A stretch of 39,698 bases of DNA from Candidatus Zapsychrus exili. GTDB taxonomy: Bacteria > Omnitrophota > Gorgyraeia > Zapsychrales > Zapsychraceae. Position 1 is the first letter of the stretch; every line of letters begins with the position of its first letter. The notes under the pieces are model-generated. The model was not told the DNA's origin and did not search any database. It saw only the letters and a program-made list of their open reading frames with translations. The translations under genes were made by a program, and so were the position numbers. This document shows positions 21,049 to 29,597 of this stretch, piece after piece. The stretch lies in assembly GCA_030765585.1 (NCBI GenBank), contig JAVCCJ010000014.1, positions 1 through 39,698 on the forward strand, read 5' to 3'.

Positions 21049-21618
21049 TTACTTGTTGTTTGATCCCATCGTTAAAGTTACAACAACGGCCTTTTGTTTC
21101 CAGAAATAAAAAGCTATATCGTAATATTTATTTTCATCCCAGCAAAATTCAATTCCTTCAGGAATATCATTTTTATACATTTTTGGTTCAGACATAACAA
21201 GACCTACATATCCTCGATTACTCAATTCCCCTTTTAAACTTTCTGCACAAGTTTTGCAAAGATCATTAAAAGCCTCCTCGATAACTTCATCGGCGTCTTC
21301 CTTAATCCCCTGAAATCCAAAGTTTTTAAGAGCTTTTTCCACAGAAAACTCTTCAATAAATACTATAATAGCACCTAAAGAGTTCTGTTGTTTCTTAGCC
21401 TCTTCTGACTCGTAGTAATTAATTAAAGACAATTTGCAGGGTTCGTTAAATTTCTCAAGCCCAAACACACGCATCCTGCTATTATATTCTATAAGCTCAT
21501 GCTCAGAAAATTCTGATGTTTGAGAAAATTCAGTACCAGACATTTTTTCAATAGTTGCCTGGATAGGACCTTCTAATATTTCTTTAGCTGCTTCATATCC
21601 AAATGGTTTTCTCGCCAC
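21049..21618 (-). CDS. Hypothetical protein, possibly CheX/CheC-like fold
   Basis: GTG start with AGGAG RBS; EEAFNDLCKTCAESLKGEL...MSEP loosely resembles CheX helix/S-P motif. Confidence 0.55.
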   Translation of the reverse strand: MARKPFGYEAAKEILEGPIQATIEKMSGTEFSQTSEFSEHELIEYNSRMRVFGLEKFNEPCKLSLINYYESEEAKKQQNSLGAIIVFIEEFSVEKALKNFGFQGIKEDADEVIEEAFNDLCKTCAESLKGELSNRGYVGLVMSEPKMYKNDIPEGIEFCWDENKYYDIAFYFWKQKAVVVTLTMGSNNK

Positions 21619-21707
21619 GATAACTCCTAAACTTTATTTTTAATAAAATATTTTCCTAATAAAAGTTTACATTTCAAAATACTAAGAATCAAGGGTTTTG
21701 TAATTAA

Positions 21708-22466
21708 TTATAATCTTATCCCTACCGGACAATGATCTGATCCAAAAACATTTTTTAATATAAATGCATTTTTTAAACTATTTCTTAAATTTTCTGTTAT
21801 AAAGAAATAATCTATACGCCAGCCAACATCTCTTTTCCTTGCTCCTGTCTTATAATCCCACCAACTATAGTGACCATCTTGACTTTCAAAAACTCTAAAT
21901 GTATCTATGTATCCTTTATTGATAAACTTTGTCATCCACGCTCTTTCTTCTGGCAGAAATCCTGTATTATTTTTATTTGCGACAGGGCGAGCTAAATCAA
22001 TTTCAGTGTGAGCTGTATTTACGTCTCCACAAACAATAACCTTCCTACCTTCTTTTCTGAAAGATTCACATTTTTTCAAAAAAGCATCATAAAATTTCAT
22101 CTTAAAAGGAACTCTTTTTTTCTCTCTGCCGCCATTAGGAAAATAAATATTAAATAAAACAAATTTACCATAATCTAGAATAAGGGTCCGACCTTCTGTG
22201 TCGAATTTCTTAACGTCTAAATATTCACTAACATTAACAGGAGTCTTTTTTGTAAATACACTTACTCCGCTATACCCTTTCTTTTCTGCAGAAGACCAAT
22301 AAGTTTTGTATCCTAAAGGATTTAGCAATTCATTACTGAGTTGATCAGGACTAGCCTTAGTCTCTTGTATACATAATATGTCAGGAGATTCCTGTTGCAG
22401 CCATTCTAAGAATCCTTTTTTAGATATAGCTCTAATTCCATTTACATTCCAGCTAAGTATTTTCAT
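21708..22466 (-). CDS. xth: Exodeoxyribonuclease III / AP endonuclease
   Basis: SWNVNGIRA, LCIQETK, GYSGV, CGDVNTAH, GWRIDYF, GSDHCP. Confidence 0.95.
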   Translation of the reverse strand: MKILSWNVNGIRAISKKGFLEWLQQESPDILCIQETKASPDQLSNELLNPLGYKTYWSSAEKKGYSGVSVFTKKTPVNVSEYLDVKKFDTEGRTLILDYGKFVLFNIYFPNGGREKKRVPFKMKFYDAFLKKCESFRKEGRKVIVCGDVNTAHTEIDLARPVANKNNTGFLPEERAWMTKFINKGYIDTFRVFESQDGHYSWWDYKTGARKRDVGWRIDYFFITENLRNSLKNAFILKNVFGSDHCPVGIRL

Positions 22467-22834
22467 GAAGCATTAAGCAAAGAGTTTATATTTTCTATTA
22501 GCTCATCCCATTCGAAAGGTTTAAACATATATTTATCAGCTCCTTTTACCCTACCTGCAATTTTATCTACCTCAGTATTTCTTGCAGTAAGCATTAAGAT
22601 TTTAGTGTTCCAATCGGAATCATCTTTTCTTATTCTTCTGCAAATCTCCTCACCAGTTATTTTTGGAAGCCCTAAATCTAAGATAATCAGATCAGGATTA
22701 ATTTCTTTATATTTCTGATAACCTTCTTCTCCATCAGATGCGCAAGAAATTATATGGCCTTCGCTTTCAAGTTTATATTTAAGTGTTTCTAGCATATCTT
22801 CTTCATCTTCTACAATTAGAATCTTTTTGCTCAT
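22463..22834 (-). CDS. Single-domain response regulator (receiver)
   Basis: ILIVEDE, DLIILDLGLP, MLTA, KPF; overlaps xth start by 4 bp. Confidence 0.9.
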   Translation of the reverse strand: MSKKILIVEDEEDMLETLKYKLESEGHIISCASDGEEGYQKYKEINPDLIILDLGLPKITGEEICRRIRKDDSDWNTKILMLTARNTEVDKIAGRVKGADKYMFKPFEWDELIENINSLLNAS

Positions 22835-22913
22835 AATTAGCCTCTTAGATTATTTATTAAAAACTTATCGATAGTTTGGTGCTAGTTAAAAATAAGCACT
22901 GAAGAACAGGCAT

Positions 22914-23489
22914 CTATTTGACGAGACCTGCAAAACCCATAAAAGCAAGGGATAGTAGACCTGCGGTAAGGAGCGCAACAGGAACCCCTTTCATGCCTTC
23001 TGGAACATCTACCAAATCAAGATGCTCTCTGATTCCTGAGAAAATAATAAGTGCAAGCGCAAACCCAACAGCATTTGCAACAGCAAAAACAACACTTTGA
23101 AGTAAATTGAAATTTTTTTGAATAACTAATATAGCAACGCCCAATATAGCGCAATTAGTTGTAATAAGAGGCAAAAATACGCCTAGAGCCTGATAAAGCG
23201 CAGGACTTACCTTCTTTAAGATGATCTCAACCATCTGAACCAAAGATGCAATGACAAGTATATACGTCACTGTTTGCATAAAACCAATGTTTAGTGGAAT
23301 TAAAATATAATTCTGAATTAAGTATGTAACTATTGTTGCAAGTGTCATTACAAAGACAACAGCAGCGCTCATCCCTATTGCAGTCTCTACCTTACTTGAC
23401 ACGCCCAAGAAAGGACAAATTCCTAAAAATTGTGCCAAGACTATATTATTAACAAATATAGCTGAGGTAACTATTGTAAAATATTCCAT
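22914..23489 (-). CDS. rnfA: Rnf electron transport complex subunit A
   Basis: [31 protein letters not shown]. Confidence 0.93.
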   Translation of the reverse strand: MEYFTIVTSAIFVNNIVLAQFLGICPFLGVSSKVETAIGMSAAVVFVMTLATIVTYLIQNYILIPLNIGFMQTVTYILVIASLVQMVEIILKKVSPALYQALGVFLPLITTNCAILGVAILVIQKNFNLLQSVVFAVANAVGFALALIIFSGIREHLDLVDVPEGMKGVPVALLTAGLLSLAFMGFAGLVK

Positions 23490-23506
23490 ATAATAAATCC
23501 TAGTTG

Positions 23507-24094
23507 TTAGATACTAGATTTGTTTATTTTATTTACGATTGCAATTAGATATGCAAGTGCAATAAAAGCTCCTGGAGCAAGTACAAAAATTAATATTCCA
23601 TCACCTGCAATAAATTTATGGCCAAATATAGCACCACTTCCGAGAATTTCCCTCAACCCACCTAAAATAGTAAGAGCAAATGAAAAGCCTAATCCCATTC
23701 CTACTCCATCTATTATTGATGTTAAGACTGTATTCTTTGATGCAAAAGCCTCTGCACGAGCAAGAACTATGCAATTAACAACTATTAAAGGTATAAATAT
23801 CCCTAATTGCTCATGAAGTGCTTGAAAATACGCAGCCATAACAAGATCAACAATAGTAACAAAAGCTGCGATAATCACAATAAAACAAGGAATACGAACC
23901 TTGTTAGGAATAATATCTTTGACTAGCGATATAACAAGGTTTGCCATAACCAAAACAAATGTTGTCGCAAGACCCATGCCTAACCCATTAATTGCAGAAG
24001 TAGTTACGCCTAAAGTAGGACACATTCCCAATAACAATATAAAAACTGGGTTTTCCCTTAAAAATCCTTTAGTAAAATTTTTCCATTGAGTCAT
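23507..24094 (-). CDS. rnfE: Rnf electron transport complex subunit E (start ATG 24094)
   Basis: [37 protein letters not shown]; the track's extension to 24142 lies in a repeat arm. Confidence 0.93.
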   Translation of the reverse strand: MTQWKNFTKGFLRENPVFILLLGMCPTLGVTTSAINGLGMGLATTFVLVMANLVISLVKDIIPNKVRIPCFIVIIAAFVTIVDLVMAAYFQALHEQLGIFIPLIVVNCIVLARAEAFASKNTVLTSIIDGVGMGLGFSFALTILGGLREILGSGAIFGHKFIAGDGILIFVLAPGAFIALAYLIAIVNKINKSSI

Positions 24095-24100
24095 AATCGG

Positions 24101-24580
24101 TAAATTCCAAATGTCAAATGTCAAATGACAAATAAATGTCAAAAACCAAATGACTAATTAATTATTTTTTGTGTTGTTAATAATCTTGCTTAATATAAGC
24201 AAGATTTCAGTACTTTCCTTTATTAGAGCATCTATTTCTTTTTCAAAGCTCTTATTTTCAGAAATGACTTTTATTAATTTTAGCCAGTGCCTAGATTCCT
24301 TTGCTTCTCGTCTTGAAATTGCAACCTTATAGACAAAATCTCTTTTTGTTAAAGCTCCATCTGCTTCCTCAAGGTTGGCCCCTATAGACCCACTAGATCT
24401 TACTAATTGCCTCATGTATTCTATAAGTATTATTTCTTTTGGTAACCCCTTAATAAGCTTTGCACAGTTTACTGCAAAAGTGAAGGCTCTGTCATATATA
24501 TCAAATTTCTTTCTTTTTTCTTTCATTTAAAATTTGTCATTTATTGTTTATTTGAATTTTGTTATTTGGCATTTGTCATT
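24101..24580 (-). mobile_element. Putative four-helix-bundle cassette with inverted AATGWCA-heptamer arms between rnfG and rnfE
   Basis: Arm 24107-24157 CCAAATG TCAAATG TCAAATG ACAAATA AATG TCAAAAA CCAAATG; arm 24531-24580 ...ATTTGTC...ATTTGGC ATTTGTC. Confidence 0.6.
24158..24526 (-). CDS. Four helix bundle protein (IVS/bAvd-like family)
   Basis: QLVRSSGSIGANLEEA...SRREAKESRHWL signature. Confidence 0.9.
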   Translation of the reverse strand: MKEKRKKFDIYDRAFTFAVNCAKLIKGLPKEIILIEYMRQLVRSSGSIGANLEEADGALTKRDFVYKVAISRREAKESRHWLKLIKVISENKSFEKEIDALIKESTEILLILSKIINNTKNN

Positions 24581-25137
24581 ATGTATTCGTTGTATGCTCG
24601 TTTTACAGCGTCACAAAATGCTCGCGAACTTATTGTTGCTGCTGTTATGGCGTCAACATCTCCGCCATCTTTTTTAACTTTTAATTTGTAATTAGCAGGA
24701 TTCTTCCCGTTAAATTGCATACTAAAATCAGACTTAGATTTTTGCATCTTATCACCTAAGCCAGGAGTTTCTTTTTGTTCTAAAACAGCTATGTCCTTTA
24801 TTGTCCCATTTGGCAATATACCTACCATAAGCTTAATAGTCCCACCAAATCCAAGATTCGTAAATGTTTCAATTGCGATGCCAACAAGCGTGCTTTCATT
24901 TTTTGCAGGATAAAATATAACCTCGTCTCCGTCCACTTCTTTGATTTCTTTATCATCCAAAGGATTATTGGTAAAATCTGGCACGACTTTTTTAATAGCA
25001 GCTATTTTCTTTTCTAGCGCAGCAGCAGCTATTGGATCTTTTGTAAGTTCATAAACATATCCTAATGAAGCTGATGCGATAAGCGTCACGCCAAAAAGTG
25101 TTAAAACCATATTTAAGAATGTTGATTCTTTTTTCAT
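24562..25137 (-). CDS. rnfG: Rnf electron transport complex subunit G
   Basis: N-terminal TM, GFGGTI, ETPGLG, FMN-attachment DAITAATISS. Confidence 0.92.
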   Translation of the reverse strand: MKKESTFLNMVLTLFGVTLIASASLGYVYELTKDPIAAAALEKKIAAIKKVVPDFTNNPLDDKEIKEVDGDEVIFYPAKNESTLVGIAIETFTNLGFGGTIKLMVGILPNGTIKDIAVLEQKETPGLGDKMQKSKSDFSMQFNGKNPANYKLKVKKDGGDVDAITAATISSRAFCDAVKRAYNEYIMTNAK

Positions 25138-25143
25138 AACATC

Positions 25144-25197
25144 AGGTCTAAGGTTTTAGAGAAAACAAAACCACTTAAACCTTAGACCTTACATCTT
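25144..25197. repeat. ORF-less AAG/CTT-type heptamer hairpin between rnfD and rnfG
   Basis: Perfect 13-bp IR AGGTCTAAGGTTT (25144-25156) / AAACCTTAGACCT (25177-25189); four heptamers ending CTT at 25170-25197. Confidence 0.75.
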
Positions 25198-25200
25198 TCT

Positions 25201-26184
25201 TTATTCGCCGAATCTCTTTGGTTTACAGAATTTATTAATTAATGGAACAAAGGCATTAGCTATTAATATTGCAAACGACACCCCTTCTGGATACGCTCCA
25301 AAAGTACGAATTAAAACTGTCAAAATGCCAATCATAAAAGCAAACACAACCATTCCTTTTTTAGTCATTGGACTTGTTACCATATCTGTTGCCATAAAAA
25401 TAGCACCTAGCATAACACCGCCTGTTAATATGTGGAACAATGGATCTGCGAACTTAGCAGGATTAAAAACCCATAAAATACCAGTAAATGTTGCCACAGT
25501 CGCGACCATAGTAATCGGTATATGCCAAGTTATTATTTTTTTATACAACATAAAAGCAAGTCCTATTAATAGCGCAAGTACTGATATCTCTCCTATGCAT
25601 CCTCCAACTTTTCCTAAAAATAGATCCAAATACGAAGGAACTGATGACATCAAACTCGAGACTGCTTGATTATTGCCAAGACCTTCTTTTACAATTCCTA
25701 GAGGTGTAGCAGCTGTTATTGCATCTAAAGACAACTTATCTTTTAAAGGTACTGGCCAACTTGTCATTGAAACAGGAAATGAAATAAGCAAGAATACGCG
25801 TCCTACTAAAGCTGGATTAAACGGATTGTTTCCTAATCCACCAAATGACATTTTGCCTATACCTATTGCGACAAGCGATCCGATTATGACCATCCACCAT
25901 GGAAGGTTACTAGGAAGATTAAAGGCTAGTAGCATGCCTGTTACAACCGCAGAATAATCGTTGATTGTTGAGCCACTCTTAAGTAAAAACTTTTGTATAA
26001 GATATTCAAACAAAACAGCTGATAATACGGCAAGTACTGTTATTTTTAATGCGCCTACTCCAAAGATATAAATAGATACCCCAAATGCAGGAAGCATTGC
26101 AATAATTACACCAAGCATAATCTTGTTAACTGAGTCTTTTTTAAATATGTGTGGAGATAATGAAATTGTTAATAGTTTGTTCAT
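25201..26184 (-). CDS. rnfD: Rnf electron transport complex subunit D
   Basis: FGGLGNNPFNPALVGR, DAITAATPL, GGCIGEIS, FMATDMVTSP, YPEGVSFAIL. Confidence 0.94.
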   Translation of the reverse strand: MNKLLTISLSPHIFKKDSVNKIMLGVIIAMLPAFGVSIYIFGVGALKITVLAVLSAVLFEYLIQKFLLKSGSTINDYSAVVTGMLLAFNLPSNLPWWMVIIGSLVAIGIGKMSFGGLGNNPFNPALVGRVFLLISFPVSMTSWPVPLKDKLSLDAITAATPLGIVKEGLGNNQAVSSLMSSVPSYLDLFLGKVGGCIGEISVLALLIGLAFMLYKKIITWHIPITMVATVATFTGILWVFNPAKFADPLFHILTGGVMLGAIFMATDMVTSPMTKKGMVVFAFMIGILTVLIRTFGAYPEGVSFAILIANAFVPLINKFCKPKRFGE

Positions 26185-26190
26185 AATAAA

Positions 26191-26650
26191 AAATCCTAAA
26201 TTCTAAACCCTAAATCCTAATAAATTTAAAACATAAAATAAAAAATCATTTTCTAGCTTTAGATACAATTGCTCCAAATATTTTTGTTAATTCAATTGAT
26301 TCTTTGATTAGAAATGCTTTTTCTTTTTCAAATTCTTTCTTTGGTTCGCTTAAGTTTAACCAATATGTGCTTTCTTTTGATTCTTTTTTAGATATTTTTA
26401 TTCTAAATAAAAAATCTTTATTGCTGAATGCTTCTTCTGCTTCAATATAGTTAGCTCCAACTGATCCGGCTGATCTAATTAATTGTAAGCTAAATTCTTT
26501 ATTAGAAATACTATAAGGAAGACTGTTTACATATTCCCTAACTTTTTTTGCAAATTTTAGCGTTCTTTCGCTTAAATCATATTTTTTATTATTTTCTATA
26601 TTAGACATTTAAAATTTATTAGAGTTTAGTGTTTATTGTTTAGTGTTTAT
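26191..26650 (-). mobile_element. Putative four-helix-bundle cassette with inverted TAAA(C/T)NC-heptamer arms between rnfC and rnfD
   Basis: Arm 26191-26230 AAATCCT AAATTCT AAACCCT AAATCCT AATAAATTTAAA; arm 26609-26650 TTAAAATTTATT AGAGTTT AGTGTTT ATTGTTT AGTGTTT. Confidence 0.6.
26246..26608 (-). CDS. Four helix bundle protein (IVS/bAvd-like family)
   Basis: DLSERT...QLIRSAGSVGANYIEA...ISKKESKESTYWL signature. Confidence 0.92.
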   Translation of the reverse strand: MSNIENNKKYDLSERTLKFAKKVREYVNSLPYSISNKEFSLQLIRSAGSVGANYIEAEEAFSNKDFLFRIKISKKESKESTYWLNLSEPKKEFEKEKAFLIKESIELTKIFGAIVSKARK

Positions 26651-26651
26651 T

Positions 26652-27992
26652 TTATTGCCTTCTTCTCATTATATTCATTACCTTTGTCTTTCCTAGCCTT
26701 ATATAATCTAATAAAGGTCTTCTAGAAGGACATGTAAAAGCACAGCAACCACACTCGCAACATGAAACAATGCGTTCTTGTTCTGCTTTTTCCATCAAAT
26801 TCTTTTCAGACAATGCCATAAGTAAATACGGTTCAAGCCCTGTGGGACAAGCTTCTACGCAACGGCCACATCTTATGCAGTTTAAAACTGTTTCTCTTGT
26901 TGATTCTGATTCAGAAATAACAGTTACACCTGAAGTACCTTTGGTCACAGGCATATCTAGTGTTGTAATTGCACGACCCATCATAGGTCCACCACTTATA
27001 ATTTTACCCGTGTCCTGCGGTAATCCACCCGATGCTTCTACCAAATTAGCTATAGGAGTACCTATTCTAACTAGATAATTCGAAGGATTCTTAACTTGTT
27101 TTCCGGTTAAAGTTACAACACGATCTACTAGAGGTTTGTTTTTCTGGATAGCTTCGTAAACCGCAAAAGCAGTCCCCACATTATGCACAACACAACCTAC
27201 ATCAATTGGAAGTCCTCTTGGTGGCGGCGGAACTTCTCTTCCCGTTATAGCTTTTATAAGTTGCTTTTCAGCACCTTGAGGATATTGCACCTTAAGCGAA
27301 ATAATTTCAATCCCATTATAATTTTTAGCTAATTCTGTTAAATGTTTAATTGCGTCCGGCTTATTATTCTCAATTCCAATAAATGCTTTGTTTATCCTTA
27401 AACCTTTTAAAAGAATTTGTGTGCCTATAAGTATTTCTTCTCCGCGTTCTAACATTAGACGATGATCAGACGTCAGATATGGTTCACATTCAACACCATT
27501 TATTATTAAATAATCTACCTTTTTACTCTCTGGCACTGATAGTTTTACATGAGATGGAAATGTAGCTCCACCAAGACCAACAATACCTAAAGACAAAACT
27601 CTGTCTTTTATTTCAGTTGCTTCTACATTAATATCCTTTTTAATATCTTCACTTAAATCGATATCTTCTACCCAATCATCACCCTCTACTTTAATAATAA
27701 TAGCCTGTTTTTTATATCCGCTAGGATCTTCTATTAAATCTATTTTTATAACTTCACCTGATACTGAAGAATGTATATTTGCAGATATAAAACCTGCTGC
27801 TTTTGCAATAAGTTGCCCAGTTTTTACTTTATCTCCTACATTAACTATTGTCTTAGAAGGCGCACCTATATGCTGGGATACAGGAATAATTACAGTCTCA
27901 GGCAAGTCCAGCTTCTCTATTGGTTTTAGGCTAGAGATTTTATTCTCTTTTGGATGAACGCCGCCTTTTGGAAATGTTTTTGTTTTTTTCAT
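26652..27992 (-). CDS. rnfC: Rnf electron transport complex subunit C
   Basis: QHIGAP, GLGGATFPSHVKL, NGVECEPYLTSD, GGPMMG, CIRCGRCVEACP, CCECGCCAFTCP. Confidence 0.95.
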   Translation of the reverse strand: MKKTKTFPKGGVHPKENKISSLKPIEKLDLPETVIIPVSQHIGAPSKTIVNVGDKVKTGQLIAKAAGFISANIHSSVSGEVIKIDLIEDPSGYKKQAIIIKVEGDDWVEDIDLSEDIKKDINVEATEIKDRVLSLGIVGLGGATFPSHVKLSVPESKKVDYLIINGVECEPYLTSDHRLMLERGEEILIGTQILLKGLRINKAFIGIENNKPDAIKHLTELAKNYNGIEIISLKVQYPQGAEKQLIKAITGREVPPPPRGLPIDVGCVVHNVGTAFAVYEAIQKNKPLVDRVVTLTGKQVKNPSNYLVRIGTPIANLVEASGGLPQDTGKIISGGPMMGRAITTLDMPVTKGTSGVTVISESESTRETVLNCIRCGRCVEACPTGLEPYLLMALSEKNLMEKAEQERIVSCCECGCCAFTCPSRRPLLDYIRLGKTKVMNIMRRRQ

Positions 27993-28006
27993 AATATTTA
28001 ATGATT

Positions 28007-28060
28007 ACAGGGGCTGGGTTTCCCAGCCTGATTAACGGACGAGGTTACCTCGCCCCTACA
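28007..28060. repeat. GTAG-family REP doublet between rnfB and rnfC
   Basis: ACAGGGGCTGGGTTTCCCAGCC...GGACGAGGTTACCTCGCCCCTACA; near-identical to 30755 and 36482 copies. Confidence 0.85.
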
Positions 28061-28061
28061 A

Positions 28062-28916
28062 TTATTCTTCTTTTAATTCTTCTTGCTTCACTGGTTTCGG
28101 CGGAAAATTAGCCTCAATAATCGAACCAGTCGGACATTCTAGCGTGCATTTTCTGCAAAGTTTGCATTTTTCAAAATCTATATAAGCTAAATTATCTTCT
28201 AATGTAATTGCGTCAAAAGGACAAGCTTTAACGCATTTGCCACATCCAATACAAGCAACCTTACAAGCCTTTCGCGCAATACCACCCTTATCTTTATTTA
28301 TGCAAGAAACAAAAACTCTTCTAAGTTTTGGTCCTTGATTACGAAGTTCTATTATATCCTTAGGACAAGCCGCTATGCATGCTCCACAGCCAGTGCAGTT
28401 TTCATCAATTACTATTGGAAGTTGTGAGACCTGATCCATATAAATTGCATTAAACTTACATACATCAACGCAATCTCCTAGACCTAAACACCCATACTGA
28501 CAACCAGTATCTCCACTATATACAGAAGAAGAAATAGCACAAGTTTTTGCGCTATCATAAACATTTGTCTTTTGTCTGTGCTCTTTAGATCCAGAGCATC
28601 TTATAACGGCTACCGTTGGTTTTTTTGCAACCGCCTCAATCCCTAATATCTTAGCAATATTAGCCATGCATTCTGACCCACCGACAGGGCAGTAAAAATT
28701 CTCTAAATCTTTTGTTTTAACGAGCGCCTCTGCAAAAGCTCTACATCCCGCTAGTCCGCATCCACCGCAATTAGCAGCAGGCAAAGCTTCTTCTATCTCA
28801 TCAATTTTAGGATCTTCTTCTACCTTAAATTTTTGGGCTATTAAATAAAGTATTACAGCAGCTGATACGCCGACTGCTGTTAAAGAAAAGATTGTATAAA
28901 TAATAATATTAGACAT
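28062..28916 (-). CDS. rnfB: Rnf electron transport complex subunit B
   Basis: LPAANCGGCGLAGC, CPVGG, GCLGLGDC, multiple CxxCxxCxxxCP. Confidence 0.93.
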   Translation of the reverse strand: MSNIIIYTIFSLTAVGVSAAVILYLIAQKFKVEEDPKIDEIEEALPAANCGGCGLAGCRAFAEALVKTKDLENFYCPVGGSECMANIAKILGIEAVAKKPTVAVIRCSGSKEHRQKTNVYDSAKTCAISSSVYSGDTGCQYGCLGLGDCVDVCKFNAIYMDQVSQLPIVIDENCTGCGACIAACPKDIIELRNQGPKLRRVFVSCINKDKGGIARKACKVACIGCGKCVKACPFDAITLEDNLAYIDFEKCKLCRKCTLECPTGSIIEANFPPKPVKQEELKEE

Positions 28917-28930
28917 AATCTTATAAAATT

Positions 28931-29043
28931 TGAAATTCTAATATCGAAATTCGAAATAAATTCTAAATATTAAATTCAAGTATTATAAAAAATGTTTAAA
29001 ATTTTTTTATTTGAATTTGTTTAGAGTTTCGTGTTTAGAGTTT
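28931..29043. repeat. ORF-less inverted heptamer-array hairpin between rseC-like gene and rnfB
   Basis: Left AAATTCT AATATCG AAATTCG AAATAAATTCT...; right TTGAATTTGTTTAGAGTTTCGTGTTTAGAGTTT (29011-29043). Confidence 0.85.
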
Positions 29044-29046
29044 ATA

Positions 29047-29451
29047 TTATAAATGCTTTATTCTTATACTAAATTGATCTTTTATTTTATCTTTTAAAAG
29101 AAATAGCCCTATGTAATACGGGGCTGTTGCGAGTATTGATATAGTCGCTGCCAAGACCTCATTGTCTGTAATCATTAGTGTAGCAACCAATATAAATAAA
29201 ACAATAAAAAAAGGAAAAATATATCCCAAGAGAACAGCTTTAAACCCCATTGACTGACCCATCAAGACAATAACATTATCTCCAACAGAATAGCTTTTAT
29301 CTTTCTCGATTATATCTATTTCTTTTATATTGTTTTCAGACAAAGAGCAGCCTTTTTTAGCCGCGCAACCAGAGCAAGCATAGTTTTCTTCTAAAAACAC
29401 TTTTATGGTGTCATTTTCTATGTTTTTAATTGTGCCTTTGTGCTCAATCAT
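29047..29451 (-). CDS. RseC/MucC-family (SoxR-reducing system) membrane protein
   Basis: HKGTI, ACSGCAAKKGC, VGDNV, AVLLGYIFP; typical position upstream of rnfB. Confidence 0.85.
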   Translation of the reverse strand: MIEHKGTIKNIENDTIKVFLEENYACSGCAAKKGCSLSENNIKEIDIIEKDKSYSVGDNVIVLMGQSMGFKAVLLGYIFPFFIVLFILVATLMITDNEVLAATISILATAPYYIGLFLLKDKIKDQFSIRIKHL

Positions 29452-29458
29452 AATATAA

Positions 29459-29597
29459 AAATCCTAAATCTTAAATTCGAAATTCGAATAAAATCCAAGT
29501 TTCAACATCCAAATATTTTAAAATAAATATATTTTTAAATATTTTGTCATTTGAATTTATGATTTGTTTGGTGTTTCGAGTTTCGTGTTTAGAGTTT
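29459..29597. repeat. ORF-less inverted heptamer-array hairpin between flavodoxin and rseC-like gene
   Basis: Left AAATCCT AAATCTT AAATTCG AAATTCG AATAAAATCC; right TTTGTTT GGTGTTT CGAGTTT CGTGTTT AGAGTTT, overlapping the flavodoxin stop. Confidence 0.85.

Noticed and set aside
24095..24142. N-terminal extension of RnfE ([16 protein letters not shown])
   Set aside because: Translation of the heptamer arm from a TTG; family-like sequence starts at ATG 24094
14684..26608. Diversity-generating retroelement suggested by Avd-like genes
   Set aside because: No reverse transcriptase and no TR/VR pair with adenine-specific mismatches seen in the window
14684..26608. 23S rRNA intervening sequences
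   Set aside because: No rRNA sequence; the genes lie between protein-coding genes
14653..29454. ATTATG at genes following the elements as an element boundary motif
   Set aside because: Same context precedes many element-free genes (fumC, SPFH, response regulator); general start-context bias
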